50,279 bases of DNA from a virus: positions 1-50,279 of the IMG/VR virus record IMGVR_UViG_3300027533_000005. One strand, given 5' to 3'. Shown here one piece after another: positions 33,391 through 42,824 of this stretch. Position numbers and translations under genes: made by a program. Below the pieces are notes generated by a model, which worked only from the letters and a program-made list of their open reading frames with translations, was not told the origin of the DNA and made no database searches. Position 1 is the stretch's first letter; each line of letters starts with the position of its first letter.

Positions 33391-34220
33391 GGACCTAGAT
33401 TGATTGGGTTATCGACATGTGGTGCATCGTTATGAACTGCGTCTGAATGATCTCCATGTGGAGTATCAGAGTGCGGCACATCGCTATGAGTACCAGATGG
33501 AACATCCGAATGTGGAACATCCTGATGATCGTTAGCTCCTGGGTCGTCATGATGTGGCACGTCTGCATGTGAATCGTTATGAGCTACATCTTGATGTGGT
33601 GAATCGTCGTGCCATATACAGTTATAAGGACCAACGCTGACGTTGTCGTAGAAGTCGCCATGTGCGTAGAACTCACCGTTTTGGTAAATGGTGCAGTCAC
33701 TATGGTTCAGAGTACCAGGGTTATCCCCGTGCATATCGTTATGTGCATCGGTATGAGGAGTATCACTATGTTGATCTGTATGAGAGTCACCATGACCCCA
33801 GTCCTGATGCCAATCGTTATGTGGCACATCTGAGTGTCCTCCAGGAGGGACATCTGTATGAGCCACTTGATCCGTATGATCTACATGCGCGGCTGCACCA
33901 CCACCGTCAATGTGTGCTACATCTTGATGCGCGTGCATTTCCGCAGCTTCAGCACCACCTATCCACCGAAGGAAAGAACCCTCTACCCAGATAGACCCCG
34001 GCACACCATGATACTCACCATTCCAAACTGCTTCAGTCCTGTAAATTTGATTTCCAGCTTGATTGACATAGTAAACGTAGTAACTCTCTATCCACAGAGA
34101 TCCAGGATAGGCTGTTTGATTCTTGACAAAGATTCCCTGCCAAGCCCACTCTACACCAGCCTCATCAACCCAATGTAGATTGTTCCCTTCTATCCACAAG
34201 GAACCTTGATACTTAGCCAT
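33387..34220 (-). CDS. His-Xaa-Asp repeat protein (277 aa): N-terminal triple beta-rich repeat plus ~183-aa H-x-D-rich region; candidate substrate of the adjacent rSAM enzyme
   Basis: About 30 H-x-D tripeptides counted by hand (HQD, HID, HVD, HTD, HSD, HND, HGD...). The stop overlaps the rSAM start (ATGA at 33387-33390). Confidence 0.7.
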   Translation of the reverse strand: MAKYQGSLWIEGNNLHWVDEAGVEWAWQGIFVKNQTAYPGSLWIESYYVYYVNQAGNQIYRTEAVWNGEYHGVPGSIWVEGSFLRWIGGAEAAEMHAHQDVAHIDGGGAAAHVDHTDQVAHTDVPPGGHSDVPHNDWHQDWGHGDSHTDQHSDTPHTDAHNDMHGDNPGTLNHSDCTIYQNGEFYAHGDFYDNVSVGPYNCIWHDDSPHQDVAHNDSHADVPHHDDPGANDHQDVPHSDVPSGTHSDVPHSDTPHGDHSDAVHNDAPHVDNPINLGP

Positions 34221-34853
34221 TTACGTGGCTGCCCACTTATCCGCGCCAAACGGAATGACTAGCCGACTAGGGGCATTGCACACCATAGGACCATTGTTTG
34301 GTGGAACAGAAACTACAAGACCAAGATCAGCGAAGTCTGCTCTGTGAACTGTAAGAGCATACCCTCCTGCCCAACCAGCTGTAATGAGTAGGCCAGACGA
34401 TCCATTTGTTGCACCCTCACCAGCCACATGCTCTGCATATTGACCTGGGCGACCGTGGACTATAAGAGTAGTCCCACTCGTCCCATACATATGGAAGTCA
34501 TTACCATTATAAGAGCAATTTCCAGACAGTCCTATATTCGCAGCAGTTCCACCTGTGATAGCAACCGCATTTGAATTCTGGAGTGCCATCGAACCTAGAC
34601 CAAGATTGGAACGTGCTGTACCTGCTGAAGCTGCACCAGTTCCTCCACCCTCGACAGAAAGTGTAAGATCACTAAATCTGTCACCAACCCACTCTTGAAA
34701 CTTAACAGGGGCGCGAATAAGTTTAACAGCTTGATAAGGAAGTCCCAGGGTGGCAGTTGTATTCAGAGCTATAGCATCAGCGTCACGAGATTTTAGCTCA
34801 TCGACGAAAGCAACGTAATTACTCGTTATTGTCGGCTTGTTCCAGTCGGCCAT
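34221..34853 (-). CDS. Tail fibre protein
   Basis: LSVEGGGTGAASAGTARSNLGLGSMALQNSNAVAITGG is the common phage tail-fibre N-terminal motif. Confidence 0.6.
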   Translation of the reverse strand: MADWNKPTITSNYVAFVDELKSRDADAIALNTTATLGLPYQAVKLIRAPVKFQEWVGDRFSDLTLSVEGGGTGAASAGTARSNLGLGSMALQNSNAVAITGGTAANIGLSGNCSYNGNDFHMYGTSGTTLIVHGRPGQYAEHVAGEGATNGSSGLLITAGWAGGYALTVHRADFADLGLVVSVPPNNGPMVCNAPSRLVIPFGADKWAAT

Positions 34854-34966
34854 TTTCTTCTCTCAGTCGAGTTATCTCAGCAGCCATCTCACTGATTTGA
34901 AGCAGTTGTTTTCTCCTAACGACTTCTAGCTCACCCACGATCTGGTAAAGTTCTTCAAGCGTAATC

Positions 34967-35284
34967 TCAAATTGTCCCATCTGGCTCCCCTACCACCGTT
35001 CCAGGCAATATGCCATCGGTTGAGAGTTTGTTAAGAACTCTCTTAGTTAGACTATGAGTTGAAAAGTCCGCTGTGTTAATGAATTGAATAAACTCTTTAG
35101 CCTCTGCCCCAACATACGTGTGGTTGAATAGACCCCCGTGTTCATCTTCTAACTGAATCATGACAGCTCCCTGCTTCCCAGGAACTAGCTCTATCTTTGT
35201 ATTCATGGTAAGCGCAAGCATCTTGTATTTCGCCGTAACCTTTTCAGGTACGACAACCGGGTCTGTAAGAACTAATTCTTCCAT
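34967..35284 (-). CDS. Hypothetical structural protein (105 aa)
   Basis: ORF track; TAATG coupling. Confidence 0.5.
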   Translation of the reverse strand: MEELVLTDPVVVPEKVTAKYKMLALTMNTKIELVPGKQGAVMIQLEDEHGGLFNHTYVGAEAKEFIQFINTADFSTHSLTKRVLNKLSTDGILPGTVVGEPDGTI

Positions 35285-36075
35285 TAGATTGTCTCGTAAA
35301 AACCACTGATTGAAATAGAGACTCCAGAGCCCATAGTAAAAGGACTCGTACCAGTCAATAAAAATCCAGTGTTTGCCTCATACATACCTAAGACTATGTC
35401 TGATGATATCGTGCAAAAAATGGACAAACTCTGTCCAGTTCCAGGATTATAAACACGTCCGTGCCAAGCCTCAACCCCAGTGCCAATGTAAGCTGCCATG
35501 ACACCCTTCGGCAAACTAAAATGTAAAGTTCCAGTTCCAAAATTGGTCGTTGATCCAGCATTGAAATTGATCGTAAAAAATATCGTTTTGTCGATCTGAG
35601 TATACTTTCCATTTATAGTACCATTTCCAAGGGACGAAGCAACGCCATCCGCTGTAAACGTCGGAGTATATGTAGTAGTCCTTCCAATAGGAGTAGCGGA
35701 GTTAGGTAGAGTTAATCCACCACTAAGCTGTACATTGCCAGAGCGATCTATTCGAACAGATCCAGTCGCGGTATTCTCTGCATCATTTATAGCTTGTAAG
35801 TATAAAAACTGGGTCGCTTGGATAATCTCAAATTTCTTTTGGTTCGCGGGTTGACTAGTGTCATTCCAGACGAGAGATGGCACACCAAATGAAAGTTCTT
35901 GTCTCTGAGTAAAAGCATTTCGGACATCTGTATAAGCGGTAGTAATCCAATCCCGATCGGCGCTTAGATTCCCATGAGTAATAATAGATGCATTCAACTC
36001 AAGCTGAGTCCAGGTCGCTCCATTATCAACCGACTTCTCAAAGATCCTACCTGCTACGTTGTATCTTTGCCACAT
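35284..36075 (-). CDS. Tail fibre/receptor-binding-like protein (263 aa)
   Basis: Ser/Thr/Gly/Asn-rich beta-type composition; position. Confidence 0.5.
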   Translation of the reverse strand: MWQRYNVAGRIFEKSVDNGATWTQLELNASIITHGNLSADRDWITTAYTDVRNAFTQRQELSFGVPSLVWNDTSQPANQKKFEIIQATQFLYLQAINDAENTATGSVRIDRSGNVQLSGGLTLPNSATPIGRTTTYTPTFTADGVASSLGNGTINGKYTQIDKTIFFTINFNAGSTTNFGTGTLHFSLPKGVMAAYIGTGVEAWHGRVYNPGTGQSLSIFCTISSDIVLGMYEANTGFLLTGTSPFTMGSGVSISISGFYETI

Positions 36076-37505
36076 TATACAATACCCCGTGCTTTCCAGG
36101 ACACAAGGTATGTCACTCGATTGCCAGTAGAATCTAGTGCGAAAACCTTAAAGAACTCTGGATTTGGAATATCCACAAAGTCGTAAATGATAATGATTGG
36201 TTCGACTGAGTCTGCTGTACAAGTAATCGAGTTGACGTCCTTGAATACCTTATTGAATAGCACCTGAGTGCCAAGAGTATCACCGGCGAGTGCTACGATC
36301 TCACCACCATCTACCTCTCGCTTGACGTCGATGGTAGTTTCCATCAGCGTCAGCTCGGCTAACGCCTTATCACTTGAGCCTGTAAACTCTAGCCTTATCT
36401 TGAGGTATCGGAATAATGGAACGAACTGAGAGTATCCTGCCACGAGTGGCGTATAGACAATACCATCAGTTGAGCTGGCTAGGTAAACTACTACCGTAAC
36501 CTCAGGCACTATCTGTGCCATCTGAAAGACAACTGTTACAATAACATTCTGAATCTCAAGCTCGTAATCGATAATTTCCTCATACCACCCAGTTGTTACT
36601 GTAGGCTGTATGTAGATTGGATAACCAGCATCTATCTGGTCCTGTGGTTGATCCCAGGACTTTGTTGTATAATGCAATTCCCACGTGGGCGCAGTATCTA
36701 CGCAAGCTATCAAGGTCGGCACGCTAGTTCGCACAACATTGTGCATCGTGCCATCTAGATCGCTAACAGCACGATCTAACAACTGGTAGTCTGGAGGTGT
36801 ATTGACTACTGCTGTAACGTAGCCTCTAGGACCAGTATTGCCTGCGATATCTACTGCTTCAATACTGTATGTGTAGGTTCCTGCCACGGTCTCGAATGTC
36901 GAGACAAACGTAGCACGAAGCACCCCATACAGGTTGTTATCCCGATATATACGAAATCGTTCAATCGAGAAGCTCGTTGTAGGGGTAGTCCAATTCAGTA
37001 GGACATTGTTGTCGACTACCGCTGCTGTAATGAATGGAGCATAGGGTGAAAGAATCGTAATGACTGTACTTGCAAAGTTTGGTGAGTAGTTACCAAGAAA
37101 ATCAATAGTCTTAATCAAAAAGTAATATGCTCCCGAAGGGAGCGGGTCGAGAAGGATATTCAGAGAGGGGGTGCGCGTTACAAAGAACGCAGTATCCCAG
37201 TTCAATTCATCCGAACGACGAATTTCGTAGGTGCGCGCCGCAGTGCTAGGTGACGCATCCCACGAAAGGAAGATACCATTCAGACGAACCACACCCGTGA
37301 AGTTGGGAGGCTCTGGAGATGTTCCTGTCCCGCCACCCGTAACAGGCTTCAGTGCCTCTGTGATTGGTGAGATCGTTTCATAGACGACCTGCATGTCCCT
37401 GTTGAAGTCCCTGAGAATATCCTTCAGGATCAGGACAGACCTGTCGTCATTTCCCAGAGCATCAATCCGGGCGTCGCGCTGCGGCTTTACGGGATGGCTA
37501 GGCAT
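36075..37505 (-). CDS. Tail protein with two FN3-like repeats
   Basis: Repeated pattern (LSWDASP...YEIRR... and LNWTTP...FRIYRD...YTYSIEAVDIAGN). Start set to the ATG at 37505 (TAATG coupling). Confidence 0.55.
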   Translation of the reverse strand: MPSHPVKPQRDARIDALGNDDRSVLILKDILRDFNRDMQVVYETISPITEALKPVTGGGTGTSPEPPNFTGVVRLNGIFLSWDASPSTAARTYEIRRSDELNWDTAFFVTRTPSLNILLDPLPSGAYYFLIKTIDFLGNYSPNFASTVITILSPYAPFITAAVVDNNVLLNWTTPTTSFSIERFRIYRDNNLYGVLRATFVSTFETVAGTYTYSIEAVDIAGNTGPRGYVTAVVNTPPDYQLLDRAVSDLDGTMHNVVRTSVPTLIACVDTAPTWELHYTTKSWDQPQDQIDAGYPIYIQPTVTTGWYEEIIDYELEIQNVIVTVVFQMAQIVPEVTVVVYLASSTDGIVYTPLVAGYSQFVPLFRYLKIRLEFTGSSDKALAELTLMETTIDVKREVDGGEIVALAGDTLGTQVLFNKVFKDVNSITCTADSVEPIIIIYDFVDIPNPEFFKVFALDSTGNRVTYLVSWKARGIV

Positions 37506-39364
37506 TACTCCGACGGCCTCGTGAGCCAGAGCTGACGAACGAAAGCCCACATCTTTGTAACAACTATGTATTCACCAAACAGAGCTAATGAACCTTTGAT
37601 AGTTATCTTCTCACTTTGTGCGTTGAACGTCCTCATCGGATAGCTGCCGGGCGCGCTCCGTAGTAGAATGGATGGTAGGTTGTAGACCTGAGCGCCATCC
37701 AGTGTAGTCACCGTGAGGTTCAGCCTTCCGATACCCACCGCCCGAAAGCGCACTCCACCATGATGAAATACCTCACCCTTGGAATCTACCGGAAGCTCTG
37801 CAGTCTCGAAGATCGTAGGTATCGCTTGACCAGTATCATCGTGCGCAGTTGGGAGTTGTTTCTTGATATCACCACCAAGAAACGCAACCCTGAATATGTT
37901 TTCCTTTGTTACGTTGTTGACCTCAAGCTCCATTGATAATGGAGGTGTTACAAATGTCCAGGTAGACCACTTGATGTTCTTGGCATTTAGCCCGTTACTG
38001 TAGTCACCAAACAGAAGTGTATTGGTATATATAGAGCCATCTAGTGGTAGTGAAACGTAGAGGTATTGATTGTCTGGATCAATCACAACTTGGATCTTCT
38101 GGAAATGAATCTTTGTAATGCGCTCCCAGATGTCCTTTACCTTCCAGCTAATCTCTTCCTCGAAGTTGCCAGTAAACATCAGTAGACCACGCCTGGATGC
38201 AACCAGATATTTGTCCACTGTGTTGGAATTGCGCTCGAATATCTTTGCCACGCCGTGACACTCAGTGCCTACTGAGCCGTCGAGGAGAGGAACCTGCCAG
38301 AACAGAGCTTCTTTATCGTTGGCTTGAGTTACGTAGCATCGGTGCGCTTTGAGGATATAGAGACTACTTCTGAACTCAACGCAGTTTCTGACGCCGCCCC
38401 CGACCGCTGGCTCAACCTGCAAGAAGCCTTCAACAGAGTTAAAAGACTCTGGCTCTCCGGCTTTGGAAACTCTAACAGTCGATTGGTTAGCGTCCTCTCC
38501 CCAGACAACCATGCTTCCTTGATACGCGGTAATCCCAACCCCGGCAGGGATTTGGGATAATTGCTCAAGGATATAGTCGGCCTGATCGACGAGATCAGCG
38601 TCAAAATAAGAGAGCGATTTAGTTGTAGTGGTGTTGTCTGGTATTCTACCGTCGACCGCGAAGAACCACTCAGCATTTGCATAGTCCCAATTATAAAGCC
38701 CGGTTGCAGGGTCTGCGACATTCTTTGTGCTGAAGATGATTCTCGCCACAGTCCCAGCAGGACCTACAGGAATAGAAGATAATTCTACTGTTTTATCACC
38801 GTCCGTGACGATGCCAGTGAATCCTCCCATCTGGGTAATGAATCCTGTTGCAGTCTCGAACGCTACAGCAAACGCATGTATACCCTTATCGATACGTCCT
38901 GCACCACCCTGAGCAATCCCCATAGGGATGGCGGCAACAGGTCCAGTCCCACCCGCAGGGCGCGCGACACCTGTTCCTGTGTAGTAATGAACGAATTGAC
39001 CGGGCAATCCAGTAGTCCCGTTATGGGGAGTAATGTATGCCCGGTCAAAGAAAGTTTCCATTGAGAAGTCTGTCATCCCAGGAATAGTAAGGATCGGCAC
39101 ATTAAGTGTCAGATCGTAAAGCGTGTTATCCCCACCCAAGGAGATGAGTCGTGACGCTTGACCTGTAATCTTGTAGACGTGAAACCTGACGATCGGACCA
39201 ACAGTGATATCGGTTACGAACCCCTCCCGTGTGTAGAAGCTCGCAGGCTTATACTTCAGGTTCTGAGCAACCTTAAAGTGGTCTATCGGAATGGCTTCAT
39301 TGGGACCTCTGTCGAAGAGGCCATTGAAATCCGATAGCGGGACGGGAACGTGGTTCTCGATCAT
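37505..39364 (-). CDS. Large tail (nozzle/tubular-type) protein (619 aa)
   Basis: Size and position downstream of the head genes. Confidence 0.5.
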   Translation of the reverse strand: MIENHVPVPLSDFNGLFDRGPNEAIPIDHFKVAQNLKYKPASFYTREGFVTDITVGPIVRFHVYKITGQASRLISLGGDNTLYDLTLNVPILTIPGMTDFSMETFFDRAYITPHNGTTGLPGQFVHYYTGTGVARPAGGTGPVAAIPMGIAQGGAGRIDKGIHAFAVAFETATGFITQMGGFTGIVTDGDKTVELSSIPVGPAGTVARIIFSTKNVADPATGLYNWDYANAEWFFAVDGRIPDNTTTTKSLSYFDADLVDQADYILEQLSQIPAGVGITAYQGSMVVWGEDANQSTVRVSKAGEPESFNSVEGFLQVEPAVGGGVRNCVEFRSSLYILKAHRCYVTQANDKEALFWQVPLLDGSVGTECHGVAKIFERNSNTVDKYLVASRRGLLMFTGNFEEEISWKVKDIWERITKIHFQKIQVVIDPDNQYLYVSLPLDGSIYTNTLLFGDYSNGLNAKNIKWSTWTFVTPPLSMELEVNNVTKENIFRVAFLGGDIKKQLPTAHDDTGQAIPTIFETAELPVDSKGEVFHHGGVRFRAVGIGRLNLTVTTLDGAQVYNLPSILLRSAPGSYPMRTFNAQSEKITIKGSLALFGEYIVVTKMWAFVRQLWLTRPSE

Positions 39365-39367
39365 GGC

Positions 39368-39679
39368 TCAGCCAAACTTGGGATACTCGATATTCGCTAC
39401 AACAACATCGTTCGTCACTGAGGCAGGATATGCACCGGCTGTGACTTCAACACCAGCCGCATATGCCAGGACTTTTCCTGTTGCTGAGTCAAATCTGTAG
39501 TCGACAGGTCCCTTGTTATGGAAGCTAACAAGGATCGGATTCTTCGTCGTACCAGGCTTCGCGATACCAGTTGGCACCTCGCCACCTGTCGCATAACTGC
39601 CTGAGAATGTCAACGTGCCAACCAGCCTCTGCGACCGAAGACCGTGGAGCTTGTTTGTTAGCGTAAATGCGATAGGCAT
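39368..39679 (-). CDS. Small structural protein (103 aa)
   Basis: ORF track; AGGAGG SD. Confidence 0.5.
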   Translation of the reverse strand: MPIAFTLTNKLHGLRSQRLVGTLTFSGSYATGGEVPTGIAKPGTTKNPILVSFHNKGPVDYRFDSATGKVLAYAAGVEVTAGAYPASVTNDVVVANIEYPKFG

Positions 39680-39717
39680 CTGTCCTCCTGTTAGGCGGGA
39701 CTTTTCGTGGGGCTGGA

Positions 39718-40368
39718 CTAGCCTCCACGACGCGCGCGCCTTGCTGCACCATAACCACGACGACGAAAGCTCACACCTTGTTGGTTGCGAATCTCTGAAT
39801 TGATAAGCATCGACAGTTCGCTGTTTGCTTCGCTGTTCAAGATGGCCGCCCTCTCAGCGTTGGCCGCACCAAATGCAGACGCATTGGCTGCTGTCTTTGC
39901 AGAAAGGTATGGCTTGGAAAGAAGAATCGTAATGTTAGTATTCTCACCCAATATGGGTGTCAGACCCTTGCGATACTTGAGCCTGATTTCTCTGTTGACA
40001 TTGGGAGGGTTGATCTTCAGACCACTCTCCCTCCAGTTCCAGTATAGGATAGAATCAGATTTGAGGTCCTGCTCCCAGTCTGATTCTACCACTGGAAAGA
40101 ACACGTCTGTAGATCCTGAAGCGCGCTCCTCCATCGAGATAGCCTGCACGAAATCTGTAGGCAGTAGTGTAACAGTAGGGGACAAAGCTGTTACCTGTAG
40201 GACGGCAGACACCTCCTTCAAATCGCGCACACCATTAAGAAAGAGGTGTAGCTCCATCGTTCCATATGCTCGACGCAGATAGGGTAGGAGCTGAGTGTAT
40301 CCCCAGGTAAACTTCTGGGCGTCGTTCATCAACGCCGCAGCTTCATCCATCACTTCACTTGCTAACAT
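39718..40368 (-). CDS. Structural protein (head-tail adaptor/tail tubular A-type position)
   Basis: Start taken at the Met at 40368 (GGAGA SD) of ORF 39718..40446. Confidence 0.45.
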   Translation of the reverse strand: MLASEVMDEAAALMNDAQKFTWGYTQLLPYLRRAYGTMELHLFLNGVRDLKEVSAVLQVTALSPTVTLLPTDFVQAISMEERASGSTDVFFPVVESDWEQDLKSDSILYWNWRESGLKINPPNVNREIRLKYRKGLTPILGENTNITILLSKPYLSAKTAANASAFGAANAERAAILNSEANSELSMLINSEIRNQQGVSFRRRGYGAARRARRGG

Positions 40369-41005
40369 GGCGAACTTCTCCAGTGAACTGAAGAGTCTCG
40401 TAGATGTCCTTATTGATAATACAACCGCACTCACGACAGACAGCAACCTTCTTATTGATTGCTACGCCGCAGCCAGGACAATCCGTGATGTTCTCTGGCT
40501 TGAAATCGAGCGCCCACTCACGAACCATCTTGAGTCGTGCAGCTGCAATTCTTTGCGTTTCGGTGATCATCCGATGCTGATGGAACTTGGACCATTCGTC
40601 ATCAGCAACAAAGATCAAGCGTCGAAACCACTCTAGTTGGATGTTATGTTCTGTGTGGATTCTACCTGCCTGCTCAGGATCATCCACAAGTTCTTCGACC
40701 GTCCATTCCCCTGGGAGAGTCCACAGTGCGGGGCGCGCCGAGTCGCTGAGCATGTATTGCCCATCGAGGAAATCGCGCACCACAGATTCAGCTATCGTAA
40801 TAGCAGGAGTTCTGATGGTCATCATCCCACGGTATTCATCCAGATATACGTGGAAGAATCCTTCACGCACGACAAGAATCTTAGGGTCTAGTTCATTCTT
40901 TGCAGCTTCTATTTGGTAGAGCGATGGAATGAGAGGCTTTCGCTCAAACACTGGAAGTGGAAAGAGACTTACAATAGTCGCTGACGTCCCGTAATCTTTA
41001 GGCAT
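40355..41005 (-). CDS. Hypothetical protein with C-terminal zinc ribbon (CPGCG...CRECGC)
   Basis: ORF track. Confidence 0.5.
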   Translation of the reverse strand: MPKDYGTSATIVSLFPLPVFERKPLIPSLYQIEAAKNELDPKILVVREGFFHVYLDEYRGMMTIRTPAITIAESVVRDFLDGQYMLSDSARPALWTLPGEWTVEELVDDPEQAGRIHTEHNIQLEWFRRLIFVADDEWSKFHQHRMITETQRIAAARLKMVREWALDFKPENITDCPGCGVAINKKVAVCRECGCIINKDIYETLQFTGEVRHVSK

Positions 41006-41471
41006 CTTTCTTAATCTCCGGCACTACGATAGCTTCCTTATTCTGAAGCATCGTTGCAATGTAAGGTGACTCGTTCTCTAGAATGTCGTAGGCCTCTTCG
41101 ACCTCTTTATCGAACTGCTTCTTGTCAGCGTCGTAATGGTCCGTCAGACTTTGCTTAACCCCGTTCTCTAGCGCATCTGCGATGAACATGCAAACTGCGA
41201 GGTTGGGGTTCTCAAGTGGTCTGAAAGCCCAAATGATCTCCCACCCGTTCCAGTTTCTTATTTCATCTGGAACCTTGAAGAGTCCCTCGCCAAAGTATTT
41301 CTCAAGGACGAATCGCTCTTTGAGATACGAATACTTAGGCCACTCGTCCCAGATTCCATTTGCGTTAACTCGAATCTCTCGCTCGTCATCCGCCCATACG
41401 AGGCGATAGCGCGCGCCCCACTTCAGTATCAGGTCGTGGTTTATAAGTAGTACTGCTTGTTTGTCAATCAT
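40998..41471 (-). CDS. Hypothetical protein (157 aa)
   Basis: ORF track; no obvious SD; starts right after the capsid terminator. Confidence 0.45.
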   Translation of the reverse strand: MIDKQAVLLINHDLILKWGARYRLVWADDEREIRVNANGIWDEWPKYSYLKERFVLEKYFGEGLFKVPDEIRNWNGWEIIWAFRPLENPNLAVCMFIADALENGVKQSLTDHYDADKKQFDKEVEEAYDILENESPYIATMLQNKEAIVVPEIKKDA

Positions 41472-41509
41472 ATAAAATACCCGGGGGAGGCTCGCCCATC
41501 CTCCCCCGG
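41472..41509 (-). terminator. Rho-independent terminator/attenuator after the major capsid gene
   Basis: 10-bp GC stem CCGGGGGAGG/CCTCCCCCGG with a 9-nt loop, followed on the minus strand by GTATTTTAT. Confidence 0.65.
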
Positions 41510-41519
41510 AATACCCCCT

Positions 41520-42824
41520 CTAGTAGCCCGCCGGAACAGCGAGGTTGTCGATGTAGGAACACACCGCGGGATTCGTCACGTAGAGGTTGAAGGAACCTAC
41601 CACGTAGAAAATCTGCGATGTCGCAACGCCACCCGAAGTTCCACGAATCTCGAAGATCTTCCGACCATCGACCTCGTAGAAACCTGCGGGATGCATTTCG
41701 GCTCTGCCCCACACCGAGGTGACAATGAAGTCGATTCTCTTCTTGTCCCACGAGTAGTGCTTGCGGATGGGAACTCCAGCGATCTGGAAGTTGTCACCCT
41801 CACCGAAGTACAAGTCGACACCCTGCTTGCCAGGATTCTTGTTGATGAGCATGACCGACTGGGCCATCTCTTCATAAGCCTGGACCTGACAGGGATGCAT
41901 CCACGCCGTCGACTTCGTGCCATGATCCTGACCGAGCCTGTCTCCGATCTTATTCATGGCGAGTCTTGCATACGGAAGGGCCAAGGAAGTCCCGTTCGCA
42001 TTCACTCGATTCGCACGAATCTCAGGAAACAAAGCTCGGTCAAGTCCGAGCCACGAGCCGGTTGACGCATTCGAGATATGGTAAGGAACACCATACATCG
42101 AAACGGGAGGCGTGGTGGACAGACCCGACACGACCAACTTGTCACCCGCAACTGGCGTGGTGGCCGCGCCATTGACCCGGATGGTCTTCGTTGGAATGTC
42201 GTACAGGTCAATAGGCGCCTCGCCGTTGACCGTTGCGCCGCCCGCGAACGCACGACGCGTGGTAAGCGTGGCGTTGTAGAGTGACAGCATCTGGCCGAAG
42301 CGCATCAAACGGACGCCGTAGCCATCTGTATCACAGACGAAAGTGTCCTTGCCACCAGCAGTGGTGTAGCCACCCGCTGGAGGTGTCCCGACGCCCACAG
42401 TGCCCAACACGCCTGTACCGTCTGAGGATACGGCCAGAGCGTCAACTGCACGTCGGAACTCCACCATGCCAGAGGCAAGGAGCTTCTTGACCGACTGGAC
42501 AACTGCCTTACGTGCGTTGTCTGTCGCCCACTCGGTCTTTTTGTGCCACTCAATCGCGTGGCGCATGTGAACCGTGTTGATGACCGCCTTCTCGTAGGTC
42601 GGTCCTTCACCGCGTCCGAGGTCGCCGCCTGCCGGATCGAAATGTCCGAACCTTCCACCGGGCCGAATCTCCAGCGGGATTCTCATGTCTCGCGCTGAGA
42701 TCGACTCGACTTCGCCCTTCTCGATCGTGGAATAGAAAGTGTCTTCCTTGTCGAAAAGAACAGGGATCTTGGTCCGAACCTTCTCAAGTTCCGTGGCAGC
42801 TACCTGTGTTTCGTCCATTGCCAT
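41520..42824 (-). CDS. Major capsid protein
   Basis: 434 aa; follows the scaffold gene and is followed by a strong hairpin; the call is positional. Confidence 0.65.
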   Translation of the reverse strand: MAMDETQVAATELEKVRTKIPVLFDKEDTFYSTIEKGEVESISARDMRIPLEIRPGGRFGHFDPAGGDLGRGEGPTYEKAVINTVHMRHAIEWHKKTEWATDNARKAVVQSVKKLLASGMVEFRRAVDALAVSSDGTGVLGTVGVGTPPAGGYTTAGGKDTFVCDTDGYGVRLMRFGQMLSLYNATLTTRRAFAGGATVNGEAPIDLYDIPTKTIRVNGAATTPVAGDKLVVSGLSTTPPVSMYGVPYHISNASTGSWLGLDRALFPEIRANRVNANGTSLALPYARLAMNKIGDRLGQDHGTKSTAWMHPCQVQAYEEMAQSVMLINKNPGKQGVDLYFGEGDNFQIAGVPIRKHYSWDKKRIDFIVTSVWGRAEMHPAGFYEVDGRKIFEIRGTSGGVATSQIFYVVGSFNLYVTNPAVCSYIDNLAVPAGY

